This document shows, piece after piece, positions 9,106 through 20,549 of a DNA stretch of 64,000 bases. Below the pieces are notes generated by a model. It worked only from the letters and a program-made list of their open reading frames with translations, searched no databases and was not told the DNA's origin. Both the position numbers and the translations under genes were made by a program. The stretch is from Pseudothermotoga sp. (GTDB taxonomy: Bacteria; Thermotogota; Thermotogae; Thermotogales; DSM-5069), in assembly GCA_031962025.1 (NCBI GenBank), contig JAVRKW010000004.1; one strand, 5' to 3'. Each line of letters starts with the position of its first letter. Position 1 is the first letter of the stretch.

Positions 9106-11478
9106 TCATTTTCTTTTTCTTTTTATTTTTCTTTTTTCACCTTTACCTTCAGCAAGTTCCTTGGCTTTTTTAAGTGCTCTGACAACCAGATCGTTTACTG
9201 ATCCACGCTGATAGGCACCTGAACGGGTTATCTTACCGGCTTTTCTGCCTGTCAGAATCTCTATGGCTTGGTCTACATGTTCAACTGCCCAGATGTGAAA
9301 TAGTCCTTTTTGTATATCACTGAGAACTTCTTCTTTGAGCACCAAGTTTTTCAAATTGGCTTTTGGTATGATCACTCCCTGACTTCCCGTCAACCCTCGC
9401 AATCTGCATGCCCTGTGAAAACCTTCGACCTTCTCGGTAACTCCACCAACCGGTTGCACTTCTCCATGCTGATTCATAGAGCCAGTCACGGCTATCTGCT
9501 GATCAACAGGTACTCTGGCAATAGCACTTATGAGTGCTACAACTTCTGCCACAGATGCACTATCTCCCTCGACTATTCCATACACCTGTTCAAAGCTCAA
9601 CGAAGCACTTATGGATAGTGGTACATACTGTGCATAACGCTCACCGAAAAATCCTTCTATTGTCAGAACGGCTTTGCTGTGGACTTTGCCGCTTAAATCT
9701 GATTCTCTTTGTATGTCAACGACACCGGGTTTACCAAGATGAACTCTTGCCGTTATTTTCACGGGAATTCCAAAGCTGTGATCTAAAAGGTCAAAAACTG
9801 TCAAGCCATTGACCTGACCTATCTTCTTTCCAGTTGTTTCAACCATTAAATCGTGCGATTTTATCTGGGCATCGTACTTGGTCTGGATCAAATTGACTCT
9901 CTCTTCCATCTGATCTATCGCTCTTTTAACATCTTCTTCGCGGACAAATTTTTCGTTGCGCTGTGAAGCTATACTGCATGACTCTCTTATCAATCCGCTT
10001 ATTTCTCCAAACCGAACGGAGAGTTTTTCTCTGTCTGATGCGAGTCTTGAGGAATACCACAGTACTCTTTCGATAGCCTTTCTTTCCAGATGAGATAGTT
10101 GATATCGACAGCACGTTGATGAAATAAAACCAAGGTATTTTTTGACATTTTCTTCATTGGCATCGATTTCCCAGTCGAACTCGCTTTTTACCCTGAAGAG
10201 CTTTCTTACATCCTCATCATAGGTGTACATCAGATAATAGAGCCTTGGAGAGGCAATCAGAAAAACTTTGATGTTCAGCGGTATTGGCTGTGGTCTGAGA
10301 GAGACTATGTTTGAAAATCCAAGTGCGCTTTCCAGGTTTTCTATACCGATCTCTTCAGAAAGCAATGCCCTTTTGAGGTACTCCCAAGCGTACGGGTTTT
10401 TCAACAAACTCTCCGCTTCGAGTATCAAAAATCCACCGTTTGCTCTGTGTAATGCACCGGCTTTTATGAATGTGAAATCGGTGAATAACATTCCACCCCT
10501 GCTGTAATACTCAACTTTTCCTGCCAGATTGGAGTAGGTTGGATTTCTTTCATACACCACCGGCGCACCCGTGGTGTTTGAGTTATCCACTATCAAATTC
10601 ACCGAATATCTTTTTTTGTAAAGCTGTCTGATTTCAGATTCTTCACTTCTCAGATCGTTCAGATTGTTCAATACATCATTTTCAACATCTGTAAGGTACT
10701 GAAATACATCGTAATTCGATTCATACTGCTTGCGAATCTCATCAAAAAGTGCTCCAATCGTGAAAAGTGCGGCGTATCTGTCCAGCTCTTTGAGTTTTTC
10801 TTTGTACTCCCGGTCGAGTTTCCTTGATCTGTACAGAGTACCTTCTATGATATGCTTGAGCTTTCTACTGTTTTCGTTGAAAGCCTGTTTTACGTCTTCG
10901 GGCAGTGAATCGAGGACTTCCTGGGTAACAGGTTTACCATCGTAGATTGGGACACTCACGACACCAGTGGGAGTTAGCTGAACCGAAAAACCAAGTTCTC
11001 TGGCTTTTTGCTGTAGATTCTCCCACAGTTGAGTCTTCTGGTTCATATAATCGTCTTCCAGTTCCGATTTCTTGGCTGCGTAATCTTCGCTTTCGAATAT
11101 TTTTTCGAGTGATTCGATCACTTCTTCCGATAATTTCTGCATATCCGATTTAAATTGTTGACCTTTTCCCGGCTCGAGTGAGATGGCTTTTGGTTCGGAT
11201 GGGTTTGAAAAGTTGTAGACATATACCCAGTCTCTGGGAGTAGGCATTTTCAGGGCTTCTTTTTCAAGAAATGAGGTTACAAAACTTCTTCTGCCAGTTC
11301 CGGGTATACCAACCACAAAGACGTTGAATCCTTTTTCGTTTATCTTCAGAGCTTCTTCAACGGCTTTTTTTGCTTTTTCCTGTCCTATGAATCCTTCCAC
11401 CGGTTCGAGCTCAGCGCTCGTGGAAAAATCTGGCAGGTACGGGCATTTGTAAACAAGATCCTGATAATCTACTTTCAT
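9106..11478 (-). CDS. LonC-type S16 protease (AAA-like module, coiled coil, Lon protease domain)
   Basis: IGQE, GALHRANGGFLIL, GQVNGL, catalytic GDSAS and PVGGVTEKVEGF. Confidence 0.9.
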   Translation of the reverse strand: MKVDYQDLVYKCPYLPDFSTSAELEPVEGFIGQEKAKKAVEEALKINEKGFNVFVVGIPGTGRRSFVTSFLEKEALKMPTPRDWVYVYNFSNPSEPKAISLEPGKGQQFKSDMQKLSEEVIESLEKIFESEDYAAKKSELEDDYMNQKTQLWENLQQKARELGFSVQLTPTGVVSVPIYDGKPVTQEVLDSLPEDVKQAFNENSRKLKHIIEGTLYRSRKLDREYKEKLKELDRYAALFTIGALFDEIRKQYESNYDVFQYLTDVENDVLNNLNDLRSEESEIRQLYKKRYSVNLIVDNSNTTGAPVVYERNPTYSNLAGKVEYYSRGGMLFTDFTFIKAGALHRANGGFLILEAESLLKNPYAWEYLKRALLSEEIGIENLESALGFSNIVSLRPQPIPLNIKVFLIASPRLYYLMYTYDEDVRKLFRVKSEFDWEIDANEENVKKYLGFISSTCCRYQLSHLERKAIERVLWYSSRLASDREKLSVRFGEISGLIRESCSIASQRNEKFVREEDVKRAIDQMEERVNLIQTKYDAQIKSHDLMVETTGKKIGQVNGLTVFDLLDHSFGIPVKITARVHLGKPGVVDIQRESDLSGKVHSKAVLTIEGFFGERYAQYVPLSISASLSFEQVYGIVEGDSASVAEVVALISAIARVPVDQQIAVTGSMNQHGEVQPVGGVTEKVEGFHRACRLRGLTGSQGVIIPKANLKNLVLKEEVLSDIQKGLFHIWAVEHVDQAIEILTGRKAGKITRSGAYQRGSVNDLVVRALKKAKELAEGKGEKRKIKRKRK

Positions 11479-11493
11479 CTATTTTCACTCCCA

Positions 11494-11688
11494 TCAGGAA
11501 CATCCACTGCAGCCCGAACAGCCTTTGGATGAACAAGAAGAGCCAGTGGAACCTTTTATCTGAATTTTTGGCAGTTGCTTTGTCATTTTTTTGCCACATT
11601 CAGGGCACTGTGGGTCTTTGTCTTTCATGCTCATGAGCATTTTGTACTCTTTTTTGCAGTTTTCACAGTAATAACGATAAATAGGCAC
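11494..11688 (-). CDS. FmdB-family zinc-ribbon protein
   Basis: MPIYRYYCENC...CPECG with Cys-rich C-terminal tail. Confidence 0.85.
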   Translation of the reverse strand: MPIYRYYCENCKKEYKMLMSMKDKDPQCPECGKKMTKQLPKIQIKGSTGSSCSSKGCSGCSGCS

Positions 11689-11699
11689 AGTTCACCACC

Positions 11700-13496
11700 T
11701 CAATCGACTGTTATCGTCTTTGAAAGATTTCTTGGAAGATCCGGGTTTCTTCCATACTTAATCGAAAGATGATAGGCAAAAAGCTGCAGCGGTACCACAG
11801 ATGCAAAAGGCGACAGATACCATGGACAATCCGGATATTCTATGATCTTTGTCGCGTTTGAGAAGATTTCTTCAGATTTGTTGCTCAGTACTATTGCGGC
11901 ACCTTTTCGGCATGTCACTTCGTTTATGTGAGAGATAATTATGTTTGCCTGTGAGCTGTGTGTCACAAAAAAGACCGGATAATCCTCACTGACCGATGAA
12001 AGTGGTCCATGTTTGAATTCCGATGAAAAGATCCCTTCAATGTGATTGTACACAACTTCTTTTATTTTCAAAGCACCTTCAAGGGCGATTCCATGGGTGA
12101 TACCATATCCAAGCATGTACGAGTTTGAAAAATCCATTTGCGAATTGATCAGGTCCTGTATTTGGGCTTGGCTCATCTGCAGTGCCTTTCTGACCAGATC
12201 TGGAAGGATTTTTAAATCTCTCATATACTGATCGTCGAAGCTCATTTTAGAAGCAAGGTAATACAGAACCACGAGCTGATTCATGAAGGTTTTGGTTGCC
12301 GGAACGGAGATCTCCAGTTCGCAGCACAGCGGTATATTCAAAAGACTTCTCATCATGACAGTCGAGCCTGTCACATTTACAATCGACAGAACAGTTGTTT
12401 TCCCTTCGATGGTATTGAGTACGTTGATTATGTCCTTTGTTTCTCCGCTCTGTGATATGAGGACGACAACATCTTCCTGACCGACGGAATCTGCGTAGTT
12501 TTCTATGAACCTTCCTGCCTGGCATGGCACTGCGACCTTTCTTGATAGTTTATTGAACAGGTAACTTCCAACCAGAGCCGCATGGTATGAACTACCCGCT
12601 CCAACCAGGAATATGTATCTTGCCTTTGCAAGAATGTTCACATACCGCGCAAGATCCATGTCGAACTTTAGAAATTCAATCAACGCGGAGATTCTCTCTG
12701 GCTGTTCGTAGATCTCTTTTATCATGTAATGATCGTAGTTGAGCTTCGAAGTTGCTTCGGAAGATATGTCCATTATCTGAGGTTCTCTTTGGATCAGTTT
12801 TCCTGTTTTGATGTTGCGGATGGTAAAACTGTCCCAGGTGAACTCGACATATTCACCATCCTGCAAAGGCACTATTCTTCTTGTCAAAGGAATGATCGAA
12901 GGTAGATCTGAGGAAGCACAAACAAAATCTTTTCCAATTCCTAAATACAGCGATGATCCGCGCTTGATGCAGTACATTTTGTCATCATCGGCGCGCGTGA
13001 TTACACAGGCAAAATCACCTTTCAGTAATTCTGCCGCCTTTTCAATTGCTATGTTCATATCTCTGTACTGATCATAAAATTTTTCTATCGCATGAACAAC
13101 TATTTCGCCGTCGTTCTCACTTCTAATTGTGTGCCCTTCTTCAGCGAAGATTTTTCTGAGTTGAACGGTATTCACGATATTACCGTTGTGAGCTCCAACC
13201 ATGTCTTTGTCGCAATCATAGTGGGGCTGTGCGTTTTTCGCGGACGGTACGCCAAAAGTAGCCCATCTCAACTGAGCTATTCCTTTGAAGCCTTTCAATT
13301 CTTTAAAATTCAGTCTTTCACTTACTTCATCAACTATTCCAACATCCTTACGAAGATCTGTCTTTCCATCCAGAGTGATTGAACAAACACCAACAGAGTC
13401 GTAGCCTCTGTAAACCAGCCTCTGTGCGGCATCGGTCAGAATTTTTCCAAGGTCTTCTCTCTGCTCTTTGTAAATGATTCCAAAAACTCCGCACAC
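11700..13496 (-). CDS. glmS: Divergent glutamine--fructose-6-phosphate amidotransferase (GlmS family)
   Basis: GTG start after GGAGG gives M-C-G (Ntn Cys1); YRGYDS, HNG, SQSGET, EGALKIKE, FKHGP, PRNLSKTITVD. Confidence 0.85.
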   Translation of the reverse strand: MCGVFGIIYKEQREDLGKILTDAAQRLVYRGYDSVGVCSITLDGKTDLRKDVGIVDEVSERLNFKELKGFKGIAQLRWATFGVPSAKNAQPHYDCDKDMVGAHNGNIVNTVQLRKIFAEEGHTIRSENDGEIVVHAIEKFYDQYRDMNIAIEKAAELLKGDFACVITRADDDKMYCIKRGSSLYLGIGKDFVCASSDLPSIIPLTRRIVPLQDGEYVEFTWDSFTIRNIKTGKLIQREPQIMDISSEATSKLNYDHYMIKEIYEQPERISALIEFLKFDMDLARYVNILAKARYIFLVGAGSSYHAALVGSYLFNKLSRKVAVPCQAGRFIENYADSVGQEDVVVLISQSGETKDIINVLNTIEGKTTVLSIVNVTGSTVMMRSLLNIPLCCELEISVPATKTFMNQLVVLYYLASKMSFDDQYMRDLKILPDLVRKALQMSQAQIQDLINSQMDFSNSYMLGYGITHGIALEGALKIKEVVYNHIEGIFSSEFKHGPLSSVSEDYPVFFVTHSSQANIIISHINEVTCRKGAAIVLSNKSEEIFSNATKIIEYPDCPWYLSPFASVVPLQLFAYHLSIKYGRNPDLPRNLSKTITVD

Positions 13497-13558
13497 ATTC
13501 TTCGCCTCCCATGCCAAGATATAGTATACTGTTTTTTGGTCGTTTTTTGGAGGTGTTT

Positions 13559-14803
13559 ATGAGTAAGAAAAGTGTTGGGTTCGGGAAGATTCTCAGAAAG
13601 TATCTTGAAAAGCCTTTGGTTGCAAGAGCTTTGTTGAAAACAGCTCTGAATTTAGAGCTATCAAGAAGAAAGATGGTCGCACTTTTGAAAAATGATTTTA
13701 CAAGCTGGATGGATTATTCTGCATTGGACGCTGTTTGTGGAGCTGTGAATGGCAGAAAGACAGCCTGGGTGAACATGTTTTTCCCGGTCGAGATCGTGCT
13801 TGCCTTCGGCTTGAACTGCGTTTCAGCAGAAGGACTTTCTGGTATGTTTGCCTCCATGTTTCTGGAAGACATTGCTATCCAGAAGGCTGAGGCATACGGG
13901 ATCTCCAGAAATCTGTGTACCTTTCACAGGACTGGCATTGGAATATCACTGCTCAACACTCTGCCAGAGCCACTTTTTGTTGGAACAACGAATGTTTTGT
14001 GCGATGGAAATATTCCAACCTTTACCACATATTCTTCGCTCAACTCAATTCCCATATACGTGATCGATGTTCCAAGAAAAGACGACCAGCAAAATCAGTT
14101 GTATCTGACAAAACAAATTGAAAACCTCATCTACGCACTTGAAAACCAGCTAAAAAGGAAATTCAATTATTCGCTTCTTCAGCGGATTTTGACGGCAGAA
14201 AGACAGGCATTTGATATGATCAGAGAAGTCTATCCAAAACTCTGTGAAAATCCCATACCCATGGAGCTTTATCAGCACGTGAATGTACTCTATGCCTTTC
14301 ATCTGAGACCAAATCAGTTACTGAGGGCGGCAAGATCGCTTTTGATGAACAAACCATCGCCAGCAAATGGCAAAATAAGGTTGTTGTGGCTTCATCTTGC
14401 TCCTTATTATGACAACGAGCTTTACCAGATTTTCTCGAAAAATTCTAAATTCATGGTTGTAACAAGCGAATACGAATGGGACTGGCTTTACTGGCATCCT
14501 GATCCGCACAGACCCGTTGAATCTCTGGCACAGAAACTTTTGAAAAACCCACAAATAGGTGATCTTTCAAAAAGAATAGACTTTCTGACAAAACTCGCCG
14601 ATGATTTTAAGGTTCATGGAGTTATTCACTTCAATCACTGGGGTTGTAAACAGTCATCTGGATCGGTCTTTCTGCTGAAAGAGGAATTCGAACGACGCGG
14701 TATACCATTTTTGTCTTTGGATGGAGACTGCGTTGATCATACCAATCAATCTGCCGCTCAATACAGAACGCGAATAGAAGCTTTTCTGGAGATGATAGGA
14801 TGA
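13559..14803 (+). CDS. 2-hydroxyacyl-CoA dehydratase subunit (HgdA/FldB family)
   Basis: NLCTFHR, VLCDG, IDVP, HWGCK and LDGDCVD...RTRIEAFLE motifs; ATG after GGAGGT. Confidence 0.88.
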   Translation: MSKKSVGFGKILRKYLEKPLVARALLKTALNLELSRRKMVALLKNDFTSWMDYSALDAVCGAVNGRKTAWVNMFFPVEIVLAFGLNCVSAEGLSGMFASMFLEDIAIQKAEAYGISRNLCTFHRTGIGISLLNTLPEPLFVGTTNVLCDGNIPTFTTYSSLNSIPIYVIDVPRKDDQQNQLYLTKQIENLIYALENQLKRKFNYSLLQRILTAERQAFDMIREVYPKLCENPIPMELYQHVNVLYAFHLRPNQLLRAARSLLMNKPSPANGKIRLLWLHLAPYYDNELYQIFSKNSKFMVVTSEYEWDWLYWHPDPHRPVESLAQKLLKNPQIGDLSKRIDFLTKLADDFKVHGVIHFNHWGCKQSSGSVFLLKEEFERRGIPFLSLDGDCVDHTNQSAAQYRTRIEAFLEMIG

Positions 14804-16485
14804 TCGTTTACAACTGTCCGATGGTGCCGTTTGAATTCTTTCAGGCACTTGGTGTGCTATATAGGAGAGTTGAGAACACAGGTTGTGAATTTGACAAGCT
14901 CAATCCCAATATCTGTTCTTTTTGCAGAAAATCTGTTCTATCAGTTAACAGAGACGATGTACTTGTATGGGTTGATTCATGTGATTCATCAAGAAGAGCT
15001 GCAGATTTTCTAAAGCAAACCAACAGGGTTTTTGAACTTCACATACCTGTTTTTTCAGATGATCAGGCGATTTTAAAGCTGTCAGATGATTTAAAGGCAC
15101 TCTGGCAGTTTTTGAAATCTGTATACGGTGATGTGAGCGATGAAAAACTCTTCAGAGCCCATAAAACTATTCAGGAACAAGTGAATTTACTTGAAAAAGC
15201 CTTAACAGAAGATTTGAAACAGGCTCAAAGGCTATATGAACAGATCACGGGCCAGAAATGGATAGGTTCTACAAAGTTGAATGCCAATCCCGTTCTGATT
15301 CTTGGCGCTCCCATTGATGAAAACATGGTCAAAATCGTCGAAGAAAATAACGGTTATGTCATCAACGCAACCTGTTCCGGTGCCTATTCGATGATTTCAA
15401 AAACTTTGGACAGTGAAGATGTTTTTAAAAATATCGCGTACAGAATTTTGAATAAAAAATTGATGTGCATGAGGTCAACCCAAAGAAATATCTCAGATCT
15501 TATACAGCTTACAAAGCCTTCCGCAATAGTTCTTCATACCATCAAATTCTGCGATTTTTACCACTTTGATGAAAGACTGTTGCAAAAGACCGGCATACCC
15601 TTTGTCGTAATAGAAAATGATCTGACGTCTTTCTCAAATGCCCAGATAAAAACTCGAATTCAGGCTTTGATGGAGCTTTCGGCAGATCGAAAAAATAGTC
15701 TTTCAAAGACATACGAGCTGTTTGTCGGTATCGACAGCGGTTCAACCACCACAAAGATCGCCGTTCTTGATAAGAATTCAAAACTTTTATACAAAAACGT
15801 CGTCAAAACAGGTGCTTATCCTGTCATGACTGCGAAAAAACTCTACGATCAGGTCATCGAGAAATTCAAAATAAACAGCAAAGAAATCTACCTTGTCAGC
15901 ACCGGCTATGGAAGGAATATACTCGATTTTGCAAATGAGCAGGTGACGGAGATCACCTGCCATGCCAAGGGTGTTCACTTTTTCATGCCAATGGCAAAGA
16001 CAATAATTGACATAGGCGGGCAGGATAGCAAGGTGATAAAGGTTGAAGATGGTCAGGTTGTTGAATTTGTTATGAATGACAAATGCGCCGCAGGTACCGG
16101 CAGGTTTCTTGAAGTCATGGCAAATGTCCTTGAAACACCCTTAGAAAAAATAGGTGAACTGTCATTGCGTCACAGCAGTGAAATCGATATAAGTAGTGTC
16201 TGTACTGTGTTTGCTGAATCAGAGGTGGTATCGCTCAGAGCATCTGGTTATTCAAGAGAAGACATACTCTATGCGATTCACAAAGCAATTGCAAAAAGGA
16301 TAAGTACAATGTATCAAAGAGTAAAAGGTTTAGAACCGGTGGTACTAACCGGCGGTGTGGCATTGAACAGGGGCTTGAAAGCTGCCCTTGAGAAAACCAT
16401 CGGTGTGAAGATCGAAGTACCGCCAGAGCCAGTTTTAACAGGTGCAATTGGAGCGGCGGTCATCGGGTATCAAAGGTCCCAATGA
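14800..16485 (+). CDS. Fusion of a 2-hydroxyacyl-CoA dehydratase subunit and an HgdC-type CoA-substrate-specific activator (ASKHA ATPase, 4Fe-4S)
   Basis: N-half: NICSFC, SCDSSRR, KFCD, TRIQAL; C-half: GIDSGSTTTK, TGYGR, EITCH, DIGGQDSK, KCAAGTG, SSVCTVFAES. Confidence 0.9.
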   Translation: MIVYNCPMVPFEFFQALGVLYRRVENTGCEFDKLNPNICSFCRKSVLSVNRDDVLVWVDSCDSSRRAADFLKQTNRVFELHIPVFSDDQAILKLSDDLKALWQFLKSVYGDVSDEKLFRAHKTIQEQVNLLEKALTEDLKQAQRLYEQITGQKWIGSTKLNANPVLILGAPIDENMVKIVEENNGYVINATCSGAYSMISKTLDSEDVFKNIAYRILNKKLMCMRSTQRNISDLIQLTKPSAIVLHTIKFCDFYHFDERLLQKTGIPFVVIENDLTSFSNAQIKTRIQALMELSADRKNSLSKTYELFVGIDSGSTTTKIAVLDKNSKLLYKNVVKTGAYPVMTAKKLYDQVIEKFKINSKEIYLVSTGYGRNILDFANEQVTEITCHAKGVHFFMPMAKTIIDIGGQDSKVIKVEDGQVVEFVMNDKCAAGTGRFLEVMANVLETPLEKIGELSLRHSSEIDISSVCTVFAESEVVSLRASGYSREDILYAIHKAIAKRISTMYQRVKGLEPVVLTGGVALNRGLKAALEKTIGVKIEVPPEPVLTGAIGAAVIGYQRSQ

Positions 16486-17284
16486 ATCTGTATCTTCCTT
16501 TTTTCAGGTGCACTCCAAATACGCAGGAACCTGTTCCCGTCATCATTGCTGTTATCGGATCTTCCATCCATGCCATATCAAGGCTGTTTTTTACCTGTGA
16601 ATACTCAGAGCAGGCGATGTTCTGAAAAACATTGTAGGAAAAAGATCTTATCGTCTGCACATCCATGAGTTTGTAAGCCTGGTAGAGTCTTTCAACGGGT
16701 TTTGGTCCTGTGCCAAACATTTCTCTGTTGAGTTTCTGATACATGAGTTTGGTCGAGATACTGATATTCGGGCAGAAGAGGTTCACAGTGTAATCTGTTA
16801 TCGGTTCCAGAAATGTTATTTTTTCACCCTTACCTTCAACAATAGCGGTACCACCCTTTAAAAGAAACGGAACATCAGAACCCACTTTTTCAGCGATTTG
16901 CAGCGCTACGTCCTGTGGTATGGCAAGTATCTTTGAAAGAAATCTAATAGTTGCGGCAGCATCTGAACTGCCGCCACCAAGCCCCGAACCAACCGGTATG
17001 TTTTTCAGCAACCTCACTTCAAGACCAAAGTCCATCTTATAATACTCTGATACTGTTCTGAAAGCCTTCTCGATTAAGTTTATCCCATCGATCTTCACGC
17101 TGGACTGTATTCTGATCTGCTCTGGTTCGTCGATTATGCGAAATTCGATTGAATCGTACAGATCTATTGTTTGAAAAAGCCCTATGATATCGTGATAGCC
17201 ATCCTTTCTCTTCGAAAGCACATCGAGGTATAGATTTACTTTTGCATAAGCTCTCTCAGTTTCAACAAAGTCAGGTATGACCAT
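16460..17284 (-). CDS. ispE: 4-diphosphocytidyl-2-C-methyl-D-erythritol kinase
   Basis: AKVNLYL, GYH, KNIPVGSGLGGGSSDAA, GSDVPF. Confidence 0.93.
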   Translation of the reverse strand: MVIPDFVETERAYAKVNLYLDVLSKRKDGYHDIIGLFQTIDLYDSIEFRIIDEPEQIRIQSSVKIDGINLIEKAFRTVSEYYKMDFGLEVRLLKNIPVGSGLGGGSSDAAATIRFLSKILAIPQDVALQIAEKVGSDVPFLLKGGTAIVEGKGEKITFLEPITDYTVNLFCPNISISTKLMYQKLNREMFGTGPKPVERLYQAYKLMDVQTIRSFSYNVFQNIACSEYSQVKNSLDMAWMEDPITAMMTGTGSCVFGVHLKKGRYRFIGTFDTR

Positions 17285-17826
17285 CCCTCCAGATACTGCT
17301 CAAATTCACCAAATTCATCCAGTGATTTCCAGGTGTAGTCAAACATGTCCGGTTCATTCAGTCCCTCAAAGATTACCTGAGCCAAGTAAAGAAGTCCAAC
17401 ATGGACACGGCTGACTGGTGAACTGATGTCGTTTATCAGACCGATGTACTGAAGGTCTGTTATCCTTGCTTTGACTTCTTCTTCTATTTCTCTGTTCATA
17501 CCATTCAAAAACGCCTGCCATGGTCTTAGACCATCTTCAGATCTTATATGACCGCCAACGCCGATTGAATATTTGTTGTGAAGTCTTTTCTCGCCCTGTT
17601 TTTCTGTTCTGCGCAAAAGCAGTATTTCATCGTTGTTTTTCATGACCACGTACGGTATCACCTGTCTGAAGTCCTCGTCATACTCGACAAGATCTCTTTT
17701 GATGAACCTTCCATGGTTTTCAATTACTCTTTCGACCTGCTCTAACTTTACCGCAACCACACCTGTCTTTTTGCCAGTCAATTTAAAAATCTCATGGCTT
17801 GGAACGACAAGTACATTTTCCTGCAA
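17236..17826 (-). CDS. NUDIX-family predicted phosphoesterase
   Basis: RQVIPY, GEKRLH..SIGVGGH, REIEEE, VSRVHVG; TTG start after GGAGG. Confidence 0.8.
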   Translation of the reverse strand: MQENVLVVPSHEIFKLTGKKTGVVAVKLEQVERVIENHGRFIKRDLVEYDEDFRQVIPYVVMKNNDEILLLRRTEKQGEKRLHNKYSIGVGGHIRSEDGLRPWQAFLNGMNREIEEEVKARITDLQYIGLINDISSPVSRVHVGLLYLAQVIFEGLNEPDMFDYTWKSLDEFGEFEQYLEGWSYLTLLKLRELMQK

Positions 17827-17839
17827 GATAAATCCTCCT

Positions 17840-19260
<1,421 letters not shown>

Positions 19261-19261
19261 T

Positions 19262-20536
19262 TCACCAGCCCAGGTAATACATCACGACCACATACAGGTT
19301 TACCAGACAGAGCATCAGTATAGTTGCAGGCAGTGTTTTTTTGGCAAAATAAGTGAAGGTCACGGCTCTGTCGCTGTATTTTTTGAGTAAGGCAAGTCCT
19401 ACTATATTAACTGGAGCGCCAATTGTCGTTCCATTTGCCCCAAGAGAAACTCCCAGAGAAAGAGCCCACCACAAACCTGTATTGAAACCCATCCGCACCA
19501 GGGATTGAACGACCGGTATTATCACAGTTGTAGCAGGAACTGAACCAAGAAACATCGAAGCAAAGCCGGACAGCCATACCAAGACTGTTATAACTATATA
19601 CGGAGATCGAATATTGGCTACGATCTTCGTGATGTAGTCTATGACACCAACTTCTTTCATCGCATAGGTAATCATGAACAGTCCAATCAAAAAAAACAGA
19701 GTATCCCATTCTATTTCCTTGGCAGCTTCCTCGAATGACTTTCCATATATTAAGAGCGCCACTGTGGCACCAGCCATGGATATCAACGCCATTTGATAAT
19801 CGAGAAATTCGTGAAGAGCAAAGCCAGTTATGACAGCCATAAAGACGATTAAAAGCGATATTGCCTTCTTTCTGTCTATGATGGCTGTTTTTGGATCTGT
19901 CGCCGCAAGCGCTTTAAGTTTATCCTCTATATCCCTGCTGGTTGGAACTTTTCTGAACCACAGCAGTACCAGTAGAATGAGAATGAGAATGCATACCGGT
20001 GCAAGGTGAACAATAAAACTGTTGAAGCTCAATCTGCTTGCTGAGCCGATGATTATGTTTGGAGGATCGCCGATCATTGTGGCAGCTCCGCCAATATTTG
20101 ACGCGACAATCGCGATGATTATCAAATAAGTTGCATCAATACCGGCAACATCTGATATGAAAAACAATATGGGAGCAAATATCAAAATGGTCGTCACGTT
20201 GTCCAAGAAGGCTGATAGGAAAGTTACCGCGACGGTGATTATCGACAGAGTCTTTTTCATTTCTCCCTTTCCCCATTTTACTGCCAGCACCGCCACAAAC
20301 TGGAAAAACCCTGCGGCTTTCAAAAGCCCAACTGTTATCATCATCCCTGCGAGTAATCCTATGGTATTGAAATCTATAAAACGCGGAAGATTCTCCAAAC
20401 TCATGGTATCTATGATTTTTGCAAAGCTGATGACCAGTCCCATTAAGAAAACCATCACGGAGGTTTTGAATTTGTTATTCAGTATGAAATAGTAAGTCAA
20501 ACAAAAAACTGCGAGTACGAATATCTGGTTGAACAT
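19262..20536 (-). CDS. ArsB/NhaD (IT superfamily) ion transporter
   Basis: About 12 TM helices; AFLDNVTT, SNIGGAATMIGDPPN, LGANGT..GAPVN. Confidence 0.85.
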   Translation of the reverse strand: MFNQIFVLAVFCLTYYFILNNKFKTSVMVFLMGLVISFAKIIDTMSLENLPRFIDFNTIGLLAGMMITVGLLKAAGFFQFVAVLAVKWGKGEMKKTLSIITVAVTFLSAFLDNVTTILIFAPILFFISDVAGIDATYLIIIAIVASNIGGAATMIGDPPNIIIGSASRLSFNSFIVHLAPVCILILILLVLLWFRKVPTSRDIEDKLKALAATDPKTAIIDRKKAISLLIVFMAVITGFALHEFLDYQMALISMAGATVALLIYGKSFEEAAKEIEWDTLFFLIGLFMITYAMKEVGVIDYITKIVANIRSPYIVITVLVWLSGFASMFLGSVPATTVIIPVVQSLVRMGFNTGLWWALSLGVSLGANGTTIGAPVNIVGLALLKKYSDRAVTFTYFAKKTLPATILMLCLVNLYVVVMYYLGW

Positions 20537-20549
20537 CGAGATCACCCCT

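Noticed and set aside
13497..13558. glmS ribozyme upstream of glmS
   Set aside because: Only 62 bp are available before the divergent gene, and no ribozyme core sequence is present
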